This document shows, piece after piece, positions 39,600 through 53,880 of a stretch of 64,000 nucleotides of DNA; position 1 is the stretch's first letter; each line of letters begins with the position of its first letter. The stretch spans positions 73,704-137,703 of the forward strand of contig ADNK01001816.1 of assembly GCA_000320545.1 (NCBI GenBank), in the 5' to 3' direction. Under the pieces are notes generated by a model, which ran no database searches, was not told the origin of the DNA, and saw nothing but the letters and a program-made list of their open reading frames with translations. The stretch comes from Bigelowiella natans CCMP2755 (Eukaryota > Protista > Cercozoa). Both the position numbers and the translations under genes were made by a program.

Positions 39600-41082
39600 T
39601 CGGCACACCTGCTCCTCCTCCTCTTATAGACGACCGCACTACTGTTGTTTCGTTATTTGGTGTAGAACTAATAATGCACTACTACTACTACTACTGCTAC
39701 TACTACTGTTGTTTCGGGTGTTTGGTGCAGAACCCTGGCCACATGGTTTGGGGTGTGCCGTCCAAACCATGGTAGTCACAAAGAGAGAGAGAGGGGGGGG
39801 GGGAGGGGGGGGGGGAGAAAGAGAATTTAGATAAATTGATGAACATTTGCTGTGTCTTTCAATAGATACTACTACTACCCAGCACTGCACTTGCAATGAT
39901 GCAATGGCATATATAGTCCTCCTCCTCGTCGCCTCGCTGTGTGTACGCTAAGCCAATGAATGAATGAATCAATCGATCATCATTCGTTTTGTTCGTTCTT
40001 GACGTGCTGATAATTAGGTTTAATCCGTTGGAAAACGACATTTGTTGCTGCTTGGAAGAGAATTACGGCAAAGTAGTAGGATTTAAAAAATGGAAGGAAG
40101 GGGGAGGACTACGGCTACCAATGCAATTTGATGATTCATTTTGAACAAGCTAATTTTGTGTACAGATACGCTTGGAGCTTGATAGAGTTTTGGAAGCTCG
40201 AAAAGAATTCAGTATGAATGCAATTATGATTGTTGCGACAAACACAGCACAACTTACCATACTACCAACTAATCAGACACTCTTATATCTCCTATCGGCT
40301 CGAGAGAAGGTGAAGCTTCTTTAGTATCCAAAGGGGGGAAATGGAGCGATTACATATTGCTTGATGATGGAAGTGGACCGACTAAGACGATGACGGCAGG
40401 GTTAGAAGAACAAGTAGAAGTAGTGGTAGAAGTAGTAGAAGATAAAACTAAATCATGACAAAAGGGGCTCAACACAAGCCAGATTATAAACAAAATGGTT
40501 AGTTTTTTGCTTAAATTCCTTGATTGTACGACATCATCATACTACATTACAAATACTCGAGGAGCACTACTACCAGTACTACTACCACCCATTATCATGT
40601 AAGATGATAATAAACAGAACAATATACACCATTGTTGTTTGTTTGTGCGTTGATAACGAGCAGAAAATATAGCCCAAAAGATTTGTGTCCTTACACGGTA
40701 GTATGTTTGTTTGTACGAGTGACTAATGATGATAATGGGCTAAGACCAACACAATTTCCGTTTGTACGGGGTTTGTTTAATCTTTAGGTAGTGGTAATAG
40801 TAGTTGTTGTTGTCATACATTTTTTTACGCCATGATGATGATGATGATGATACTTATGCTGTATTGTTTTAGGTTAATATGCTAGAAGGCATGGAAGAAG
40901 TTTCCAATGCAGTATCCAAATCAAAGATTGGGGTACTACTACTGTTACTACCACTACTACTATATAATATATCATGTATCAGTATATTGCTAGTAGTACG
41001 TATTGAACGATGATTATGAATATTATTTATGTACTGAATGTGCATGGATCCATCATCCATTGACTATACATATCGTTCATTC

Positions 41083-41113
<31 letters not shown>

Positions 41114-42848
41114 GATGATTGATTGCATATTAAATGGATCTGTCACACGATCATGCGGGTAAAAACTCTGGCTGCTGCTGCTGCAAAGGTTGCTATGTTC
41201 TCATGTTTGAGTCCAGGAACAGTACGTGCAATCATCCCCATCACCATCCCATCTTATCCTAACCCCATCATCATCTCTCTTAGTAGTAGTAGTAGTAGTA
41301 ATAATAATAGAAGGCAACTTATGTAATTAATCATGCTTAAGACATACTCTACTACTCACCCTTAAAGCGGTCATCGTGCCAGTAAAGAAGTATTTATGTT
41401 TCTATGTATGCTCTCTCTCTTTATGCATAGAACAATACTGTATTCTTTCTCATCATCATTTGGTAAGATCATCCTTATAATCTTAAATTATGGAACTTTG
41501 TACGACTGATTGATAGTTACACTGTGTGTTATAATTTTGGCAATACTGATTAGTATCTGAAACCACATTGTGGGCCAATCAATATTCGTCTTACTTGTCA
41601 TTTGGGTGTGTGTGATGATAAAGATGATGATGATCATAATAGCGATGATGATCATCAGATATTACAACCGACAGAAATGACACGCACAGAATGTGCGTCC
41701 AACCTAGAGTATTATAAATTTTATTACAAATCCTTCTCGGCGCTAAAAATGAGTTTGTCATCATCGTCGTGAACATATCACTATCTCCTCACCCAGCATC
41801 ATATACAGGTTTAATTATTCCGGAAAATGTTACCATAAGGGTGGGTCAGTAGATTGGTGTTGTGAATCATATTTTTTCACAATCATCCACTGTACATATA
41901 AGGTGGGGGGGGGGGGAGTAGAATGATGTTAGCAGTGAATCCGAACTATAATTGTTATCTGTGTAGTTGTCTTTCGAGCATTGATGATGGTGTCAGTAGA
42001 AGGAAGTTGTAGTAAGCATGGTGGAGACAATTAATGTATTATGATAAAAGAGGGTGCATACGAATGTCGTTTCACCACATATTGTATGTGAAATGAATGT
42101 TACCTGTCTATATTCTAAATCGTAACCTCGTCACTCAAAATGTAGTAAGTTTTTCATAGTGTGGATGAATGGTAGATATAACCGTCTACTGACTCTAATC
42201 CATTCGTTGTGCTACAGGTTGGTGATGAATGGCGAACATGGGAAGAAGGAAAATGTTTGCTATTTGATGATTCTTTTGAGCATGAGGTAATGAGGTAGGT
42301 AGATTATGAGGTTAATATATCAAACTAATCGTAATTCGTAGTACAAATGTGACTGCATCATGTTTTTAAAGTATAGAACTACTGTAATATTGTCTATATG
42401 GAGATATATTACTAAGTATGCGACTAATCGATATTATAGGTGAAACACGACGGGGATAGTGAGAGAATTGTCCTTTTGGTAATGAAACTTTTAGTAGTGT
42501 GAGTCATCCTAGTTTATTCATACAAGGATATCTAATAGAACAGCCATGTGCCGTTCAATGATATTGCCAAGTACGTGTTATCTTCCATAAATAAATTAGA
42601 TGAACCTATGGCATCCAACTATCCGTAAAGAAAATTGGGATTCACTCGCTTTTCAAGCCAGACAAGCACGCCAAGTCACTATATTCTGTCTAATTCAACG
42701 AAGTCGTTGTTGTCAGCGTTAACGAGCACAGGATGCATGATATATCAATGCCTCACTATATTTTCATTTGATAATTATTTAGACCCGCAATGAACTACAG
42801 GAATACTTCGAAAGGCAATCTGCGAGATCCAATAAGCGATTAAATTGA
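38751..42848 (+). CDS. Aspartyl/asparaginyl beta-hydroxylase-domain 2OG-Fe(II) dioxygenase with signal peptide plus transit-like leader, multi-exon
   Basis: Exons: NPGHMVWGVPSKPW-FNP, KGGKWSDYILL, LCPYT, VAMFSCLSPG, LKPHCGPINIRLTCHLG (~41557-41606), LIIPENVTIR, VGDEWRTWEEGKCLLFDDSFEHE, VKHDGDSERIVLL, MNLWHP. The last exon ends at 42848. Confidence 0.9.
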
Positions 42849-44052
42849 TCAAATATAAATCAAAGCTTGCAAAGTGCATGCAATGTTGTACCAATTTCTA
42901 CACTTACTTCATGAGTATGCATGTTGATTTTTTTTAAATACTTACGATCAGTCGTACAATGTCCAAAATGAAGACTAAACCGAGATAAGAATGTATAACA
43001 GACATGGCGATCTAGCGATGTGTTGCATGCGCAAGCCTACAATGACATCACAAGTCTCACATGTGACTAAGCTCATGCTAGCATGTGTGCTTCACAACAC
43101 GCACAACTCCGTCAAACATGTGCACGCACAGTGCTAGAGCTGGAGTGCTAGAGCGGGCCCCATGTGCACATTGCTAAAGCTAAAGTGCTGGAGAGCTGCG
43201 GTGTCACATTTAGCTAGCTAGCAAGCTAGATACATCTAATTCCATTCCATCACTACTAGACTAGATCAGCATGCACCGTCTGTTAGCACTGTTTAGCTCC
43301 ACCAACTATACTAGTACATTCTAGCATTTGAACTTTGGCCACTGCTGCGAACATGACAACATTTAGCGCGGGTGCATCTATGCGCATGCCTAGATGCTAG
43401 TAGATGAATGTGATGATGATGCACAATGACACGTGGCACATTGTGATGTCATCATGTAGACTACTGGTCATGTAGATGTCCTAGCTAGAGAACATGCTGT
43501 GTGTTCTGATCGAACCTGGGTGCGCTCTGTAGCCTACAGGGCTACACAGGCATGCCGTCTAGCCGTGCATCTAGACGTGCTCTAGCATCAGCTTGTCACG
43601 CATATGCACGTATAACGCTAGTGTAGCTAGATAGGCAATGGGCATCTTTTCAGAAGATCGTGTGTGGCTTAGGTTACGACAATATTTAGGGAATGCATGA
43701 ATTTTGGATGCTGCTCTCTCGGTCAAGTTTGGGACTGCATGTAGTAATACACGATGATGAGCAAATTGGTGACAGGTTAATAGCTTTGCACAAGGTAACA
43801 ATGCACTCTACATATGTTCTGTTTTAAGCTATTGTTCATCGTCAATACACATCTAACATGCACACATGGAAAATGAGGATCTGTTGATCAAATGAGACTG
43901 AGATACGCAGCTGCACATGTGAAATACGATGTAGCACCATTATACGTCGTTTACATCTACTACAAACAGTTTCATCGTTGACTAGATTTCTGAACGCAAA
44001 TTTTCGTTTGAATCATCATCATCATCATCATCATCATAATGATCATTAAGCA

Positions 44053-44276
44053 TCATTCTTGTGCTCCAAGTCCGCCCGATAAGAACCAGGAACGAAATTC
44101 TTCGAAGTCTATTTATAGCACATCAATTTGAATTACAAAAAGAATATGCAATTAACATAGCAGAAGCTATTATCTTGGGCTTGAATTAAGGGTAACTACC
44201 TAAAAGATCCGTTTCTGATTTTTCGCTTCTTTTAAAGCAATGCTGCGCCGTTGCATACCCAACCTGAGAAAGTATA

Positions 44277-44317
<41 letters not shown>

Positions 44318-44601
44318 TTGCACATGTTTGACACAATATATACTAAATTTGCACCACTCCAACGACTACTAATACTACTATTATTACTACCAGCAAGAAA
44401 ACAATCTCCTAATACTTAGTTCTACTACTGCTGCTAGTAGTAGTAGTAGTAGTTGTTGTTGTTGTAGTAGTAGTAGTAGTAGTGGTAGTAGTTGTGGTAG
44501 TAGTAGTTTTCTTAAGTAACTTCTGAATCTAACGGTAAAATTCAATTGAAATGGCAGTTAAATAGCAGCAGTAGCAGCACCAATCACACATATCACACCA
44601 C

Positions 44602-44646
<45 letters not shown>

Positions 44647-44696
44647 ATCATTATAAATTGTAGCACTTTTGATATGGCCGACAGCAATATTACATG

Positions 44697-44734
<38 letters not shown>

Positions 44735-46523
44735 ACAGACAGTGCAAGTTAATAAAAAACAACTTCTTCTGGAGTGAGCAAAGGCTCGCCCATCGATTCC
44801 TTCTCCTCCTCCTCCTCTCCAGCTTCCTCTTCTTCTTCTTCTTGTTCTAATTCTTCCGTTTTATGTTCTGATCTGTATGAAGTATATTCGCAACGAAAAC
44901 GGGAGGAGTTGGGGTATGGGCTGACAGTTAAGATCAACCATGCATCTTGAATAAGAACACAACATATATTTAATGTCACGTTCAACGTCGATGATATTTT
45001 ATCTTATATGTTCCGGATGATGCAGGTAGTGCTATGGTACTAAATATTTTCTCATTATCATTATCATCATCATTAGCAGCAGCAGCAGCATTGATTGAGC
45101 TACCGTAGGAATCCTTTGTGTTTGTGAGGGTCTATGGCAAAAGAAACCTTCATAAAAGATCCAAAATACTCCGAAAGGTCCTCAAAGGACATCATCATCT
45201 TTTTCTCATCATCATCATCATCATCGTTTCGTTCTCGTCGCTTGAAAATCTCAAAGGCTGCACGTATTTTGGTCGAGCTGATAGTATACACACCATACAC
45301 AGAAGAAGAACCGAGTAATCAAGATGTTATCATCCACCAACAAGCTTCAGTGGCATGCCTCCTCCTCCCCCCTCCTCCTCCTCCTCCTCCTCTTCGTAGT
45401 ACCTTGTTCCCTGGCAAAGAAAGCTCATGCCAGCTAATATACTTCGAATCTTTACACGAGGAGGAGGGGGGGGGGGAGGAGGGGAAGGAGGGGGCAACGT
45501 TGTCCTACTGCTATCCTTCCATCTTTTTTTAATAAGGCCATCCTTCTGTGACTCATGCTCCAGCTTCACTGTTCATCATGAGAGTTATGATAGTAGTAGT
45601 AGTAGTAGCAGAAGGAGGGGGGGGCGGGGTTGTGATGATCGATCATAATGCCAATGATGACGACGATGATAATAGTGATAGCTGACGACATAGTGCTAAG
45701 CATTTCCTTTCAGTGTAGTAGTAGTAGTAGTAGTAGTAGTAGTACTCACAAGTGATGATGCTGATGTTTCTATTGAATGCTCACACATCATCGTCATATA
45801 CATACATACATACATACATACATACATGCATACCCCTGTTATTGCGCCTTCTGAACAACTTAAAAATCTCCTGAGCTATTAACCTTCCATTGTGTCTATG
45901 AAGCAGCAGCAAAATGATACAGCAGCAATTTGTAATTCAGTAAAAAACTGACTGTCGCTGCTGCTTTTGTCCTTCGTCGTCGTTGCCACTTGTTTGTGGG
46001 AATTTACAATTTAGGTTTAGATATGTTGTTGATGATGTCCTGATGATGAATCAAAAACAAGACGATGACAACGAGAGGAACAACTACCTAAGGTACAAGT
46101 GGGAACTAGCTTCATCTTCGTCATTGTCCTTCACAGTAGTAGCACCCACAATCTCGATTTGTAGCAACCTCTCAAACTTGTCTAAAAACTCCTAAATAAA
46201 ATATAAAATATCATGTGAGGAGGGGGGGGGGGGGGGGGGAGTAACTCTTTTGGTGTGATTATTATTCCCTTATTACCTTTTGGAACGTCTTATATCATGT
46301 AGTGTGTGCTGCATGCGTGTGTGTAGCCATCATGTGTTAGGCCGTAGCAAGTGCTAGACTTACACACGATTATACAACATATACGGAGACATGTGGTGGC
46401 ACATTATTATTTTAGTTTATTGCTATTGTATGCGGCCCTGTAGATAGTATCAATGCACGCACGTACTACTACTACACCACCTTTTGCTCTATGTATTGAC
46501 TTCTCCTGAGAAGGAAGGGAGCA

Positions 46524-46557
<34 letters not shown>

Positions 46558-46687
46558 CATTAGTGTGGTAATGTGATGAATGACCATAATTGAGAACGGT
46601 GTGTGGGCAATCAATCATTGAGGCTTCAATGCGATCATTACCAACATTAGCTGTCACAGGAGTCTAAACCCATTTTCCAATAACAAC

Positions 46688-46722
<35 letters not shown>

Positions 46723-49264
46723 ATCTTCTTCAGTTCTCTCTCCTCCTCCTTCCAACTACTAATGACAAGCTTAATTATACGGGAGGAGCATCTCTTCTAA
46801 CAAAAATCAGATAAGAAGGTACTAGTACCACTTCCAAAAGTGTATTAACGTGAATAACTTCAAAGACTGGTTGCTCTGTCATTAGCTTTTGCAGGATGGT
46901 TTCGTATCCACCGTCCTATCCGAAAAGAAGAAGATCAAAAAGAAAAAAGATTTTACTCAAAAATATATCATAATACAGAATTATTAATTTTGATTGATTG
47001 TCAGTGACTAAGTGCTAGCTAAATCGTCACCTCCCCGACTACTCCGTTTTCATCATCACCATCATTATCATCATCCCTGAGAATATGCTGCCTTTGCCTA
47101 TATTTGTCGTCTGCGAAGTTTTGAATTATTTCCATCATCGTCATCATCAAGCAGTACCATTTTTTTTACTATTTCAATTTGACCACAATTTAGGATAGGT
47201 ACCAGCCGTATCATTGGGTAAGGACAAGCGATACACTCCTCCTCCCTTTGGTGTTGTAGTATAATGTCTTCTTCTTGTTGTTATTGTTCGTCTTCGTTCT
47301 TCGGAAAAGTCTGATTATGTTGTGTAGCATAGCAAAACGATGTTTGGAAACAACACATGATAACCATCAATCGAAAGAAGACATCATTTAAGCATGGTCA
47401 ATGTTAACTAATCGTTCAGACAAGGCACAATAAGAGGAATAAGCGAGATAAGTTTCAGAATTTTTTTAAGCTTTATTCCATTGATCCAGGTTTTCATGAG
47501 AGGTCTTTGAATAGAAGAAACTTTTACATTTGTGGCATTAAAGCACTCTAGTTATTTATCATAACCATACTGAGTAACAGCTGAACCTTTCTCAGCATCA
47601 TCATTTGCCTCCTCTATGTTTCGTGACCAATCGGAAGCTTCAGGCTATATAACAAGACAACAAAGGGAAGAACCTTCAAGCTGAGAAATAAGTTAACAAT
47701 TTTGGTTGTTGTACTGTAACAATTTATAATCGCAGAATGTTTTCCCCTATACACCGATTTTCTCATATTGGTTGTTGTACTGTAACAATTTATAATCGCA
47801 GAATGTTTTCCCCTATACACCGATTTTCTCATATTGGTTGTTGTACTGTAACAATTTATAATCGCAGAATGTTTTCCCCTATACACCGATTTTCTCATAT
47901 TGGTTGTTGTACTGTAACAATTTATAATCGCAGAATGTTTTCCCCTATACACCGATTTTCCCATATTGGTTGTTGTACTGTTCTCACCCACAGTTACAAT
48001 TCAGAGTGTCATAATATATCTCTCCTTCCTCTTAGTTCTGAGTGTTTTTTAACCGGGTGCGGTGCAATTCTAGCTTCCTTCTTACACAAGAACATGCACA
48101 TGCACATGCACATAGTAGGTAGTACACAATGTAGTACCGGGTCTACAGCTGCCTGAAGATAGTAATCTTTCTCATCATCGATATTTCCTGAAATCATTGT
48201 CAGCATATCGGTTGAACGAATCTCGCATGTACTACTATGTACGCACTGGGCTATATTATAACAATCAATTTCCTTAGCTTAACAAACTGATTTACCTCCA
48301 TATTTATGGTTGTCTTTCTCGTGTTTAAGAACCAGTAAAGAATAGGTTTCGGAGGGGGAAAACTAATTTAAAAGAATAAATACACTAATCATGATAGCTG
48401 CCGGCAATGATAACAATGGGGGCTTGTATATTTAGGTTGCAAAGTGCTGCATCACCAACGCAGGATCCAAAGCCACAAGTTTCAGAGGCGACGCAATATT
48501 TGCTGAGCAGGTTCATAAGCGTGAGGTGGGGGATTGCTATGATCATAATAAGCATTGGTGTTGCCAAAGATATGGTTAAAAAATGTGTAAAAAGAGTGGA
48601 TGTAATATTTCTCACTCAATTAAGTTAGTTGTTTTTGTTTAGTTTAGAGTTGGTGAACGCTGATGCATGCTGCTTATAATAACTATTATTACTACTACTT
48701 TGGATTCCTAAGACTCCTGCGATCGCATCTCTATCATTGAGGTTAAAAATGTCTTTTAACATCGTCTCTAGTTCCTAATTCATAAGGGGTAAAAACGATG
48801 AGCATCATATTTGATTTCAGTAGGAGATCGTCTTGTGTATTTATTAAAGAAGCATATTTGCTAGGACTTCGCATTTTAAGGGAAAAATTGAATTTAGTGC
48901 CACTAACTACCTTTAGTTTCATTTCAGGATCAAAGATAATATCCTAAAGAGAAGTGTGTTTGTTAGATACGGACGTATCCTTGAAAAAAAATGTAAATTC
49001 TAAGCTCCAGTATTTCTGCTGCATCTGTTTGAGAAATGAGCAGTGTTGAATGTAATTGGAACTCTTTAGCACAGCACATGCATTTCATTTTTTTCTTTGC
49101 AGCGTTACTGCACATTTAGCCCAGAGAATCATTTACCCACGGCCGACAACATGTAGTGTAACCATCACCTTTCTCTTGAGATTGTACTGGAAACGCAAAC
49201 GTGAAGAAGGTTGCGTTTGAACAAGATCGGTTAGATTGTTCGTGCTATAATTCACTTTTCTCAT
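44053..49264 (-). CDS. EF-hand protein (calcineurin-B/neuronal calcium sensor-like C-terminal region), multi-exon; 5' half poorly resolved
   Basis: C-terminal exons: LIAQEIFKLF, VKIRSILAGMSFLCQGT, KIRAAFEIF...MSFEDLSEYFGSFMKV, VGYATAQHCF...LDFEEFRSWFLSGGLGAQE* (stop 44053-44055). Upstream coding-like exons include ELETMLKDIFNLNDRDAIAGVLG (~48700-48774) and DYYLQAAVDP. The start is approximate. Confidence 0.6.
47702..47979. repeat. 66-bp tandem repeat, about 4.2 near-identical copies, inside the EF-hand gene
   Basis: Unit TTGGTTGTTGTACTGTAACAATTTATAATCGCAGAATGTTTTCCCCTATACACCGATTTTCTCATA starts at 47702, 47768, 47834 and 47900. Confidence 0.95.
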
Positions 49265-49403
49265 TACTTTTCTTCAGTTCTATTGGAATTTGGATGGATG
49301 TATGTTATTTTTATATTATCGGTACGCTGGTACTCGTAGGGGGGAGGAAGAAGAAGCAGTTTGAGTTCTTAAATGTTGATGTTGATGATGATGATGATCA
49401 GTT

Positions 49404-49565
49404 GCATGAATTCTACTTAGAATCTATGTTACCAGATGAACGACGACTAATTATTAATAAGCGACATGTTTTGATATTGTCGCAGCATGAATTCTACTTA
49501 GAATCTATGTTACCAGATGAACGACGACTAATTATTAACAAGCGACATGTTTTGGTATTGTCGCA
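49404..49565. repeat. 81-bp tandem duplication in the EF-hand/RING divergent spacer
   Basis: GCATGAATTCTACTTAGAATCTATGTTACCAGATGAACGACGACTAATTATTAA(T/C)AAGCGACATGTTTTG(A/G)TATTGTCGCA twice. Confidence 0.93.
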
Positions 49566-49690
49566 GGAAGAATCTCAAACCGTAGCCTTTTTCCCGGTTT
49601 TGTATTGTCGCAGAAAGAATTTGACCACGATTTCTTCAGTTTAAAACCTACATTGCCTTGCGATCATTCTCCATTCTAACGTCTGTCATC

Positions 49691-51897
49691 ATGGCTCCTT
49701 CTTCGCCCCCATCGCTCCGACGTCAGCCCTCGTGGACTCGAAACACACCTAAGGATCTTATTAATTCCGGAAAACTTGGAAAGATTGTGGTTGAATATTT
49801 CCTTACTACAGTCGACCAGAAATATGAAATTATCCTTCGGGTAGGTGTCTAGTCTTTGAGTATTACTCAATGAATACATGCACATGATCATCATCTGCTT
49901 ACTCGTAGGACATTCGAAGCTCTATTGAAACCCTAACCGGTATCACCTTCGTTGTGTTGCTCGTTACATTAATTTGTACGGGCTCTTGGTTAATTGAAGC
50001 TCACAGAGGACCAACATACATTACATCGATCGACGACTTCTTGCGTCTCAATAATGATCCCGGAAAATCATTTAAGTATGTAGTCCTGGCAGTACCTGGA
50101 TATGGACTCCGCACGATGAACAAGTTCCACAAATTCGTGAAGGTTAGGACATATTCAGAGATACCTTCACCGGAGTTAGATCGCATCACTAACAGCCTTC
50201 CGTCAAGGTATGTTGTATATTCTCCGAAAACCACATCGAGTGATAAAAAAAATTATAAGGCAAGGGGTAGTAGCAGTAATAGCAAAAGAGGCATAGTGGT
50301 GCGATTTCCCGTAAAATGGAGCAACAGTGTTGTTGGGTCCAGGGTTCTCGATGTTGATTTGATGAAACTGCGGCGAAAGACTATAAGTTGCATGAAAGAA
50401 AAACTAGACAGCAGCAGCAGATTGCAGCAGCTGAGAATGGAGGAGGAGGGTGATGAGGAGTACGACATACAACAATATGAAGGAATGAACAGAGCAGACT
50501 TGGTAAAATTAATTAGAGCACAATATGAAAAATATCCTCTTCAATTCAATCAAGACGTTTTGACCCCTTGTGGAGTAGTTATTGGGTTTTTCTCTGACTT
50601 TCCACACGGCGACTTATTGCCTCTTAATGAGAGGTACCTTACTCAAAAGATTATGCTGGATGCAACAGGGCAATTTTTTAGTGTTAAATCTCTCCTGAAG
50701 TATCTCTCGCCGTTCTGTCTGTGTTTGCTTGTAGTGTCTATGGCTATACTTAGATATCTCCAGACTCACATTTTGAAACAAAAAATGAAAAATGAAAACA
50801 ACAACATGGCTATACCACAATGGGCAGTTAGGGAACTTAGAATGCTTAGATGCAATGAAGTGGTCGACAACAAGATTTACGCCAACTTCACATACCCACA
50901 ATTGCTTTCTGAAATGGACTCTTTTGTTCACAAACTTCAAGCTAGTTCTGATGATGGAGTATCACCTGTGTTGGATGTTGGGAAAAGCAGAATATATTAT
51001 ATAAAAGAATTAAAAGTAATATTATGTAGGTATGCAAGTGAGGATCAGGATGATGTACATATGGCAACAAAACATCCCCCATTTCGTATAATACCGATGG
51101 ATAGGGTTGTGCGCTACAGAAGTGTTGATACACAGTGTATCGATTTAGAGTGGGGAGATGGGAAAAGAAAAACGATTAGACTACCTAAGGGTATTAGCAG
51201 CAATTCTAGCAGCATTAGCGCCAAAATGCTAGTAGACATTCATCAAAAACTAGACCCTGAATGGGCTGTCAGATATGAGAACCGTTTGCTCAAAGATGAG
51301 CAAGAAGCAAAAAAGGCAGAACTCAAGCGTATGGAAAGTGAGGAGAAGTTCATGGACTCAAGTCGCACAATTGAGGATAGGCTGAAGGATACACCAGCTT
51401 CTAGACTAGAAAGGGCTCAAATGAGAAACAATGCTCTCGATTATGAAGAATGGCTGGAATCTGAGAGAAAGAGAAGGGTACAGCAGCAGAAAATACAGAA
51501 AGAATCTAGTGGTAGTTCAGGCATAAAGGAGGAGGAGAAGAAGGAGGAGAGCAGCAGGGAAGCTAAGAATGAAACGAATAAAGAGCAGCACCAGCAAGAA
51601 TCTGATCTTAAGGAGTGCACATTTACAACGCTATGTGCGATCTGCCAAGATGACTTCGGGGAAGGCGACATCATTGTTCGTTGGCCTTGTGTATCACTTC
51701 ACTCGTATCATGAGGATTGTGCGCTTAAATGGGCTAGAAAGCGAAATACATGCCCTTTATGTCGGTTCGAAATACAAGCTGCTCCTTCAGAGAGAGGGTT
51801 TGTGTATGGTCTACTAAATAGAGCACTTTCTATTCAACGGGCAACACAACGTCGTTCAGTAGAAATTAGGGAAGGAGAGGCTGTGATCTCTAGCTAG
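49691..51897 (+). CDS. Membrane-associated RING-H2 zinc-finger protein (putative E3 ubiquitin ligase), one intron
   Basis: C-terminal CAICQDDF...PCVSLHSYHEDCALKW...TCPLCR is a C3H2C3 RING. There are two hydrophobic segments and a charged coiled-coil. Exon 1 (MAPSSPP...EIILR, 49691-49840) splices through GTAGGT..TAG to 49909. Confidence 0.85.
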
Positions 51898-52511
51898 TGG
51901 CAGAAGGGCTACGTACTGCTGCAATTATATCGAGGATAATACCGATGAAGGAACTCATGAGACTTATTGGTAAGTAAGCCAAGGCAGTAGTGCATGTCGC
52001 TACATGCATGCATGCATGCATGGTGACAGTTGTTGAAACAAAAACGGCATAGTCATGTTGAACGTGAATGCCATATGATACTCCGCACACCGTGATGATG
52101 AGACCACTTCTAAACAAAACCGCACATTATGGATATGTATACATATAATCATATTGCTATATGTCTATATATATTGTGCATGATGGCGTTTGCGTGGTAC
52201 TAAAGCAGAAAGACTACTGCTCAGAATATTCTATAGCGCACGCGCAAAAATCTCAATCGCGGAAAAACAATTTTTGGTCAATTACACTAGATCTAATGCA
52301 TGCACGTGACGACAGGGGCAACTTGAAACCTAGAAGCATTGGACACCGTATCGCCTAATGTCATGGCATGCATGCGTGGACTTGTCGCGCCGCACATTTC
52401 ATTGAGTCTAGGAGGAGCAGTGCCGTCAAAAAGCACTCGAGAGAAACTAATCAACGTGTAAAAATCAACTGAATGTCAAGAAGCAAACCATGAAAATGGT
52501 CATTTGTTTTT

Positions 52512-53163
52512 TCATTTATCGTGATTTTTCCCGGTGCTGGTACTGTTCGTAGTGAACATATGAAAATGGTCTAAGAGCTTGACACTCATCATCCCTGTAG
52601 CACCAACAACTAAAGCACCGCTGCTACCAACAATAAAGGGGCGCATTCCTGAATAAGAGTATGATGACACGAGGAAATAAATTATCACAATAGTAGAAAT
52701 GAGCTCAATATCACAACCAGCAACAATGGGACGAGTAGACGATGACTAGATTAAAATGTGGGGGGATTCAGAACATTCATTCCACTAAGCTGTAATTAAT
52801 AATTCACCACTACTACCAAGTCCTCCTTGTTTGATATTCGCAATACTGGTACTGAGGCCGACCCCAGCCATTGCAGTTCCAAGCAGATACCTACCCCCCA
52901 ACTTGTTGCCGATAGTATCACTAATCCCCTTCCATTCATCTTTATTGAACAACCCTGTATTGTGTGGAAAAAGGGGGGGCAATCAGAAATTAAGTAAAAC
53001 AACGAATGTGAGTTTATGAAATAATAATGAAGAATAAGAGATAATAATATTTGGAAATACTGCTGTCAAATACAAAATATTGGTAGCATTATTCTACTTT
53101 CTAAACCTTGCTACTTCTTCTTCTTCTATCACTGCCTACTACTACTACTACTGCTACTACAAC

Positions 53164-53198
<35 letters not shown>

Positions 53199-53724
53199 GT
53201 AAAAATGATGATACCGAATGCTGGTTTCCCAGCTTCAAGCATAGAATCACCAAAAGATCTGATCAATTAGCACGTAAAGAAAGAACAAAATCAAGATTTC
53301 TAAATACAAATATATATCAGCACTGGTACCATATCATTATCATTGTTCTTTAACTAAATAATACGTGAAAGAGTACAATAATAGGTAATAACAAGTCATT
53401 GTTGTTAATTGTAAATCCATAATTACTACGAATCATGACCTCACACAGGCAGTAGCAATAAAGCCCAGCACAAATAAAGGCAGACACTTCTTCAGGGTGC
53501 TAAGTGTAAATCTCAATAACGTAACACACACATACACACACAGATCAAGATTTAGAATTTTTGACGAGGTAAATAGCAACAATGAGAATGTTTTTTGATG
53601 ATTACATTTGTTCGAAATTAATTGCATGTGAGATCCATCAATGACTACATTTATTTCAAATAAATTGCATGTGTGATACATCAATTGACATCATAAGAAA
53701 TATCGTCATACATGTAGTAGAAGT

Positions 53725-53802
<78 letters not shown>

Positions 53803-53845
53803 ACTACTACCCTGCTGCTGCTGTTTTGCAAGATCCTTGTTTTTC

Positions 53846-53880
<35 letters not shown>

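Noticed and set aside
47702-47979. CRISPR-like array (also considered for 24499-24678 and 54040-54256)
   Set aside because: Head-to-tail repeats without unique spacers, eukaryotic context and no cas genes.
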